Source: a bacterium (GTDB lineage Bacteria; Patescibacteriota; Microgenomatia; UBA8517). Taken from it: a stretch of DNA of 64,000 nucleotides. The stretch covers positions 593,902-657,901 of the forward strand of contig CP129472.1 of assembly GCA_030583725.1 (NCBI GenBank), in the 5' to 3' direction. Shown one piece after another: positions 58,423-64,000 of the stretch (its first letter is position 1; each line of letters starts with the position of its first letter). Under the pieces are notes generated by a model. It searched no databases. It was not told the DNA's origin and saw only the letters and a program-made list of their open reading frames with translations. Made by a program: the position numbers and the translations under genes.

Positions 58423-58448
58423 CTTATGTGGAAGTTGAAGCAACTCAA
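58370..58448 (+). repeat. 25-bp exact direct repeat at 54-bp period (TTATGTGGAAGTTGAAGCAACTCAA)
   Basis: Copies at 58370-58394 and 58424-58448. Both are in frame with the upstream ORF and straddle its TGA stop. Confidence 0.7.
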
Positions 58449-58535
58449 GGAGAAATATGATAAGAAATCTAAGGCAGAAAACAAATAGATTTCTTGGCTC
58501 CCTTCAGCAAGCTGAATGTAGTAAAATAAAAGCAG

Positions 58536-59507
58536 ATGCAACTATTTGACGGTAATTACATTGATTTGGTTATAATTCTAGTCCTATCTTATTTTGCAAT
58601 TACCTCACTAAGATATGGTTTTTGGGTTGTTTTTGCAGACTTTTTGGCATTTTTGACTTCTCTTTTTCTTTCGTTAACTTTATATAAATATACAGCAGAG
58701 TTTTTAAGATTAAACTTTTCCATTAATGCTTCAATTTCAAATGCAATTGGATTTTTGTTTACAGCAATCATTCTAGAATCGATATTAAGTTATATGGCAG
58801 GATTTTTCTTGCAGAGGTTGCCTGAAAAAATAAAGAAACACAAATTAAGTAGATTTTTAGGTGTAATTCCTGGACTTGGTGAGGGCTTGGTTTTAATCTC
58901 CTTTATACTAACACTTGTTGTGGCTCTCCCAATTAAGCCACAAGTTAAGTCAGATGTTGTTGATTCAAAAATAGGTGGGGTAATACTTGAAAAAACAACT
59001 GTTCTAAGTGGTGCGATTAATGAAGTGTTTGGTGGAGTAATTAATGACTCTCTAACTTACTTTACAGTTAACCCAGGGAGTCGTGACTCTATTGATTTAA
59101 CTGTTACATCGTATAACTTAATTATTGATGAGAAAGCAGAAAATGAAATGTTTCAAAAAGTTAATGAAGAAAGAAAGAATTCAGACGTGGCGGAGCTAGA
59201 GTGGGATACAAATTTAGTGTTTGTCGGAAGGGCGCACGCTAGGGATATGTGGGAAAGAAAGTATTTCTCACATATCTCACCTGATGGCAAGGATGTGGGA
59301 GATAGACTGACAGATGCAAAGGTGGTCTATTATTTTGCTGGAGAAAACTTAGCCTTAGCCCCAACCACTTTAACAGCCCATACAGGTTTAATGAACTCAA
59401 AGGGGCACAGGGAAAACTTACTTGACTCGAGATTTACAAAAATTGGAATTGGAGTTTACGACAACGGTGTTTATGGAAAAATGTTTGTACAGGTTTTTAA
59501 AGACTAG
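58536..59507 (+). CDS. CvpA-like membrane domain fused to CAP/SCP (YkwD-like) extracellular domain
   Basis: N-terminal four TM helices (CvpA-like). C-terminal FSHISPDG...GENLA...GHRENLL matches CAP-domain motifs. Confidence 0.55.
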   Translation: MQLFDGNYIDLVIILVLSYFAITSLRYGFWVVFADFLAFLTSLFLSLTLYKYTAEFLRLNFSINASISNAIGFLFTAIILESILSYMAGFFLQRLPEKIKKHKLSRFLGVIPGLGEGLVLISFILTLVVALPIKPQVKSDVVDSKIGGVILEKTTVLSGAINEVFGGVINDSLTYFTVNPGSRDSIDLTVTSYNLIIDEKAENEMFQKVNEERKNSDVAELEWDTNLVFVGRAHARDMWERKYFSHISPDGKDVGDRLTDAKVVYYFAGENLALAPTTLTAHTGLMNSKGHRENLLDSRFTKIGIGVYDNGVYGKMFVQVFKD

Positions 59508-59515
59508 CTAGTTTT

Positions 59516-59803
59516 ATGTTTGATACCATTTATAACTTTGTAAAAACGATCCCCAAAGGTAGGGTTGCAACATATGGTCAGGTGGCTAAGGCCTTGGAGA
59601 TTAAGGATGTTAGGAAAATTGGCTGGGCATTACATGCAAACAAATCTAGTGAGGTTCCATGTCATAGGGTAGTGAACAAAGAGGGAAAATTGGCTGACAA
59701 CTTTGCATTTAACGGTAAAGAAGAGCAACAAAAAAGGCTTGAGATGGAGGGAATTGTCTTTAAAAAGGACGGATATGTAGACCTTACTAAATATTGCCTG
59801 TAA
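59516..59803 (+). CDS. methylated-DNA-protein-cysteine methyltransferase, C-terminal domain only
   Basis: IPKGRVATYGQVA and the active-site PCHRVV motif. At 95 aa it lacks an N-terminal domain. Confidence 0.75.
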   Translation: MFDTIYNFVKTIPKGRVATYGQVAKALEIKDVRKIGWALHANKSSEVPCHRVVNKEGKLADNFAFNGKEEQQKRLEMEGIVFKKDGYVDLTKYCL

Positions 59804-59812
59804 TATAAAGAT

Positions 59813-60319
59813 ATGATTAAAGAAATAACTAACCACTTAATTTTTTGGGTTGGTTTTTTTCTCCTCGTAGTGTTGGTTAATAAATTATTCTCTTTAAGTT
59901 ACTGGCCTTTTTATGTCGGTGGTCTTATCGGCTTGTTTTTACCATACATTGATCACTTGGTACATATTTTTATTTTCAAGCCATTGGAGTTAACCTCCCA
60001 GAGAGTTATTTTACTTGTCAAAAGTAAACAATACAAAATGGCATTAAATCTCTTGTATGACACAAGAGACGAAAGGAAAGAATTGATCTTCCACACACTC
60101 TTGTTTCAAGTTATATTCGCAGTATTAACCTTTTGGATAGTTTCCTCATCGGGCAGTTTTTTTGTAAAGGGATTGGTTCTTGCCTATTTTTTAAATTTAA
60201 CTATTTTCAACTTAAAGAAGGTTATAAATAATGAAATTATTTTAGAAGATTATGACAAGTCAAGAATTTATTTTGCAGTACAAGTAATTTTACTTTTTGT
60301 ATTTGGAATATTAATTTAA
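59813..60319 (+). CDS. membrane protein, unknown function
   Basis: Five predicted TM helices. Confidence 0.3.
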   Translation: MIKEITNHLIFWVGFFLLVVLVNKLFSLSYWPFYVGGLIGLFLPYIDHLVHIFIFKPLELTSQRVILLVKSKQYKMALNLLYDTRDERKELIFHTLLFQVIFAVLTFWIVSSSGSFFVKGLVLAYFLNLTIFNLKKVINNEIILEDYDKSRIYFAVQVILLFVFGILI

Positions 60320-60321
60320 AG

Positions 60322-60876
60322 TTATTCTCTACAACAATCAATTGCTTTTTGAACAAGGGAACCTAATTTATCAAATACTGAAGCTTTTTTAATATCTACC
60401 GATGAAGTCGGCCAAGCTTCGCTTAATTTTTCTACTGGCATTTTAATTTTTCCATTTGGAGTACTTCCAACAATTCCAAGGTTTAGACCCCAGAATAGAG
60501 AATAGAGCTTGTATGATTTTTCAAACATTTTCCATGCTTTTTCTTTGTCATGTTTTTTAAGTTCTTTTGTGCCAACTTCCATTAAACGCATTGAAGCTGA
60601 TAGTAAATGCTTTGAAATACACCATACTTCACCTTCATAATCTTTAATAATTTCTTTTAAAAGATCAGTCCTCATTAACCTGACTTCATCTAAAATATCA
60701 AGGTATTTTTTGTCCTTTGTTTTTTGTGAGGTAAAAAATAAATGTTCCTCAATTGAAATTAAGTTCATTATTCCAATTGATAGGTCTTCGCCTGAAGACA
60801 GATCAAGTTCTTTCTGTTTTGTGACTTCTTCAACTTTGTCTAATAGCTTTTTATAGTCGTTAATCTTGTTGGCCAT
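60322..60876 (-). CDS. hypothetical protein
   Basis: 184-aa soluble, helical ORF. Confidence 0.3.
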   Translation of the reverse strand: MANKINDYKKLLDKVEEVTKQKELDLSSGEDLSIGIMNLISIEEHLFFTSQKTKDKKYLDILDEVRLMRTDLLKEIIKDYEGEVWCISKHLLSASMRLMEVGTKELKKHDKEKAWKMFEKSYKLYSLFWGLNLGIVGSTPNGKIKMPVEKLSEAWPTSSVDIKKASVFDKLGSLVQKAIDCCRE

Positions 60877-60882
60877 ATGTAG

Positions 60883-61428
60883 TTAGATGTTATATAGGTA
60901 TCCGCCCCAAAAGTATAATACTAAAGTAAAAATAGTCAAAGACAGAACAGGAAAGACTACTTTTTGAAAATTAAACAGTTGTTTTCCTTTAACCTCTCTT
61001 ACTCTTTTGTCCAAGTAAACACCAAGCATAAATGCAACAAACCCTAAAATACTACCAAAAACTAATTTATCAATTCCTAAAATTGTATTAAATGGATGAC
61101 CAATAATATTAGCAGAGTAAAGTGGAACATAAGTTAGAAGAGTCCAAAAGATTAAACTGGCAACAGTGTTAATAGTGTTATTTGATTTTTTTAAGAGACC
61201 CCAACTCCTTTTTGATAACCAGTCTGCGGTCCAAAGAGACACAGAAACAACTAAACCTCCTGCCCATACTCCAAGTAGTGAATCATCAATTCCAAAGTAC
61301 CTTGATACACCAAGACCTCCTGCAACAGCAACTGTGCAGATAGGGCAGACTGCGTGAGCGGGATTAGGCATTAGAAAATAGGCACCAGGCACTAGTAAAA
61401 ATGCAAAGATTTTAGTTATTTTTTTCAT
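60883..61428 (-). CDS. membrane protein with exported CPIC motif
   Basis: Signal/TM segment then VCPIC and three more TM helices. Sits next to redox and copper genes. Confidence 0.35.
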   Translation of the reverse strand: MKKITKIFAFLLVPGAYFLMPNPAHAVCPICTVAVAGGLGVSRYFGIDDSLLGVWAGGLVVSVSLWTADWLSKRSWGLLKKSNNTINTVASLIFWTLLTYVPLYSANIIGHPFNTILGIDKLVFGSILGFVAFMLGVYLDKRVREVKGKQLFNFQKVVFPVLSLTIFTLVLYFWGGYLYNI

Positions 61429-61790
61429 AATTCAAGTTGCTTGTAGTGGTCAATTATTGGCTGGCTACCAATTAAACATTTGCCCTCTGGTGTAACTAAC
61501 AGGGGTACGCCCATTCCAGTTCTTGGAATTTCACAGTTTTTGGCCCTCTCTGCCATTAGCTCCGCATTTTTTGTATTACTCCAGACTTCTAGTTTTTTAA
61601 CACTTATTTTATCTTTACCCTCCCAAGTTTGATAAAATTCATCAACGATTTCACAGTGTGGACAGCCATTACCCCAAAAATATTCATATCCTGAAAGGGT
61701 TGGTATTTCTGTGGGTTTTGAAAAAAGATAGGCACCACCAAACATAATTAAGATTGTTATGACGATTAATATAATTCCAGATTTACTCAT
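61425..61790 (-). CDS. membrane-anchored thioredoxin-fold (DsbA-like) protein
   Basis: N-terminal TM helix and a CPHC active site in a thioredoxin-fold context. Confidence 0.6.
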   Translation of the reverse strand: MSKSGIILIVITILIMFGGAYLFSKPTEIPTLSGYEYFWGNGCPHCEIVDEFYQTWEGKDKISVKKLEVWSNTKNAELMAERAKNCEIPRTGMGVPLLVTPEGKCLIGSQPIIDHYKQLEL

Positions 61791-61792
61791 AT

Positions 61793-61984
61793 TTAATTTG
61801 TTTCTAAAGTATATCCTGAAGCTTTAACTATTTCTACAATCTTTTCAATTTTATGTTCATCTTCAATAGTGAGTGATTCATCAGCATATGAGCACTTACA
61901 CTTATATCCTGCATCTTCCAAATCCATTTGAATTAAACTTGCACAGCTTGCACAATCCATATCTTTAATTTTGTAATGTTTCAT
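61793..61984 (-). CDS. copZ: heavy-metal-associated domain copper chaperone (CopZ-like)
   Basis: 63 aa with the MDCASCA motif (MxCxxC). Confidence 0.8.
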   Translation of the reverse strand: MKHYKIKDMDCASCASLIQMDLEDAGYKCKCSYADESLTIEDEHKIEKIVEIVKASGYTLETN

Positions 61985-62964
61985 TATTCGGTTATGTTAA
62001 ATGATCCTGTATACATTCCCATACCACACGAGAAATTTAATAGCCCTTCTTCTGTTGGTGTGAATTCAATTAATTCCTCACCACTGACTGGTAATAGTGT
62101 ATTTACACCAAGACTGGGTATTATGAAGCTTCTAGCACAACTTTGTACGTTTTTAGTGGAGATTTTAAGTTTCACTGGAATACCAGCCTTTAAGTTTTTG
62201 GTATTAGCCTTATATCCTGAGTTGGTGGCAGTAATCTCAACAATTTGGTATCCATCGACTATTTTAACCTCACCATTTTGTATATTGTCTCCAAAAACAA
62301 CCCTTTTATAATTTTGAAAAGTATGAGGAGAATCTCTTAACACCTGACCATTATTAATTGCAGATAAGCCAATTACAATAATTGTTAAGGCTGCAATTTT
62401 AGATAATATATTGTGTTTAAAAATATTAGTTATTGTCAAACCCAATAGAAAGAAAACAGGAGAAGTGCCAAGGGTAAACAAGAACATTATTAATGCTCCG
62501 TCAATAGCGCTACCTGTGCCCATTGATAAGATAAGCATTGCTTGTGTTACTCCACAGGGGATTAAAACAGTTAATGCACCTAGAAATATTGGTGTAAAAA
62601 TATTTCTTTCTTTTGATATTGATCTAACCTTTCTTAAAATAAACGCAGGTGGTTGAATTATTGTGTATCTAAAGATGGGGTGTAAGTTTAAAATTCTTCC
62701 CGCAGTTGCTAACATAAAAAGACCAATTAGTATTTGTAATATTCCCTGTGTTGTGATTGAAAAAGAAAATGCACTACCAATCGTTCCCAGCAAAGCACCT
62801 AATATAGTATATGCAACCAACTTGGAAAGTATGAAATACAAGGTACTTTTGTACTTGCTTGACCTTTCGTCAATGGCTGAGGCTAAAAGACCCCCTTGGA
62901 CAGTAAGACACGAAATGCCCCCGCTGGTTAATCCTGTTACAAATGCTAGCAAGTATTGATTCAT
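61984..62964 (-). CDS. DsbD/CcdA-like transmembrane domain fused to C-terminal cupredoxin-like domain
   Basis: TM-embedded Cys in GGISCLTVQGG and LIPCGVTQ. The C-terminal approx 100 aa ends FSCGMGMYTG, paralogous to ORF 63286-63639 (FHCGMNMFRG). Confidence 0.5.
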   Translation of the reverse strand: MNQYLLAFVTGLTSGGISCLTVQGGLLASAIDERSSKYKSTLYFILSKLVAYTILGALLGTIGSAFSFSITTQGILQILIGLFMLATAGRILNLHPIFRYTIIQPPAFILRKVRSISKERNIFTPIFLGALTVLIPCGVTQAMLILSMGTGSAIDGALIMFLFTLGTSPVFFLLGLTITNIFKHNILSKIAALTIIVIGLSAINNGQVLRDSPHTFQNYKRVVFGDNIQNGEVKIVDGYQIVEITATNSGYKANTKNLKAGIPVKLKISTKNVQSCARSFIIPSLGVNTLLPVSGEELIEFTPTEEGLLNFSCGMGMYTGSFNITE

Positions 62965-62973
62965 AATTGGTTG

Positions 62974-63003
62974 TTGACAGTCCCCCTGGGGGGGATGTAT
63001 ATT
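62974..63003 (+). promoter_or_regulatory. promoter (TTGACA-N17-GTATAT) with embedded CsoR-type operator palindrome
   Basis: TCCCCCTGGGGGGGA at 62981-62995 lies in the spacer between the -35 and -10 boxes, immediately upstream of csoR. Also in the divergent intergenic region with the minus-strand copper genes. Confidence 0.7.
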
Positions 63004-63025
63004 AGTTTACGAAAGATATAAATAA

Positions 63026-63283
63026 ATGCAAGTACCAAAAACAAATATACTACATAGGTTAAAAATTGCCAAAGGTCATTTGGAAAAAGTTATTAATATG
63101 GTTGAGGGAGATGAATATTGTATTGATGTGGTCCATCAATTGTTAGCAATTCAATCTGCGTTAAAAAAAATAGATGAAATAGTATTAGAGGATCATTTAA
63201 AAACTTGCGTTGCAGATAGCATCAAAAGAGGAGATGCCGACACTGCGATAAAAGAAGTGATGGAGGTATTGAAGAAAAAATAA
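63026..63283 (+). CDS. csoR: CsoR/RcnR-family copper-sensing repressor
   Basis: 85 aa with the YCIDVVHQ...C arrangement (Cys-His-Cys metal ligands). Confidence 0.8.
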   Translation: MQVPKTNILHRLKIAKGHLEKVINMVEGDEYCIDVVHQLLAIQSALKKIDEIVLEDHLKTCVADSIKRGDADTAIKEVMEVLKKK

Positions 63284-63285
63284 AT

Positions 63286-63639
63286 ATGGATAATCTAATA
63301 GTAATATTTTCAGGCATTTTATTAATTGGCTTTGTCTACTGGTTCTTTTTTGGAAAGAGAGAAGATATGGTGTTTTCTGGTAAAACTATAGAGATCGTTG
63401 TTGAAGGAGGGTATAAACCCTCAGTTATTAAAATTCCAAAAGATCAAGAAACTACAATTTCTTTCTTAAGAAAAGATAAAAATTCTTGCTTAGAGGAAAT
63501 TGTTCTCCCTGACTTTAAAATTAAAGAATACCTACCTTTAAATCAAAAGATCCAGATAACGATAACACCAAAAGAAATTGGTGAATTCTCGTTTCATTGT
63601 GGCATGAATATGTTTCGTGGAAAGGTGGTTGTTGTATGA
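63286..63639 (+). CDS. cupredoxin-like small protein with N-terminal TM anchor
   Basis: Its C-terminal FSFHCGMNMFRGKVVV is paralogous to the C-terminus of 61984-62964. Confidence 0.5.
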   Translation: MDNLIVIFSGILLIGFVYWFFFGKREDMVFSGKTIEIVVEGGYKPSVIKIPKDQETTISFLRKDKNSCLEEIVLPDFKIKEYLPLNQKIQITITPKEIGEFSFHCGMNMFRGKVVVV

Positions 63640-64000
63640 CAATATCAAAAAAGACCTTTCCCATCATAGGCATGCACTGTGCGTCATGTGCAAAACTTAT
63701 TGAAAGAAGTGTTTCAAAGGTTCCAGGTGTAGTCAGTTGCTCTGTAAATTATGGTAGTGAGTCCGCTGTTGTAGAGATTGAGGAAAAAGTTAGGAATAAA
63801 GATTTAGAAAAAGCAGTTCATAATGCAGGTTATAGAGCTATATTTAATGTAGAAGGTGGCGTAGATAAAACAGCTGAACAACTAAAAGAAGAAGAAAAAC
63901 TAAAAGAGTACAAAAGTTTAAAGTTAAAGGTAACTGTTTCTTCAATTTTGACAGTTTTAATTATGGTAGGAAGTTTTCCTGAGTGGTTTGGTCAAACATT
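63636..64000 (+). CDS. copA: copper-translocating P1B-type ATPase CopA (5' partial, continues beyond window)
   Basis: Overlapping ATGA start. N-terminal HMA domain GMHCASCAKLIE followed by the first TM helix. Confidence 0.8.
   Translation, partial: MTISKKTFPIIGMHCASCAKLIERSVSKVPGVVSCSVNYGSESAVVEIEEKVRNKDLEKAVHNAGYRAIFNVEGGVDKTAEQLKEEEKLKEYKSLKLKVTVSSILTVLIMVGSFPEWFGQT

Noticed and set aside
1-64000. CRISPR arrays or rRNA genes
   Set aside because: No regularly spaced short repeat array and no rRNA-like conserved stretches were seen anywhere in the window.

Overview
The window is AT-rich (about one third GC), densely packed with short genes that overlap their neighbours, and is mostly chromosomal core. 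Its gene content resembles a small-genome Patescibacteria/CPR-type bacterium. Several enzymes are archaeal- or eukaryote-like: an archaeal-type triosephosphate isomerase, a class I fructose-bisphosphate aldolase, a split transketolase, an ATP-dependent DNA ligase, and an adenosylcobalamin-dependent class II ribonucleotide reductase under NrdR.

Main blocks, in order:
- ABC exporter, small redoxins, then a glycolysis and pentose-phosphate cluster (tpi, rpiB, pgk, gap, tktAB, fba, PfkB kinase, D-2-hydroxyacid dehydrogenase).
- Cell-wall block: a class A beta-lactamase-like hydrolase and two tandem class A PBPs.
- A small protein with an RNxxxH (HEPN-like) motif beside a CPBP/Abi protease.
- nrdR-nrdJ-pduO, followed by an FtsK/TraD-like membrane ATPase.
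- A tRNA locus where one tRNA gene is nested inside the anticodon-loop insert of another.
- A Xer-like tyrosine recombinase, FtsB, and tRNA-Met.
- A roughly 5.9 kb integrated element with 18-bp direct-repeat ends, a large serine recombinase, small phage-like genes, an XRE regulator and a conspicuously GC-rich ORF.
- Housekeeping genes: trpS, ftsH, 5'-3' exonuclease, mutM, recF, ATP-dependent ligase, pth, MGMT, a P-type ATPase and an Nramp-like transporter.
- Two VapBC loci with the same TGTACA operator pair, and a Fic protein.
- A divergent copper-homeostasis cluster (CsoR, CopZ, thioredoxin-like protein, cupredoxin-like domains, CopA start) with a clear CsoR operator palindrome.

No CRISPR array or rRNA gene was seen. 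The hunt findings are given below; the nested tRNA locus is the one I would chase first.
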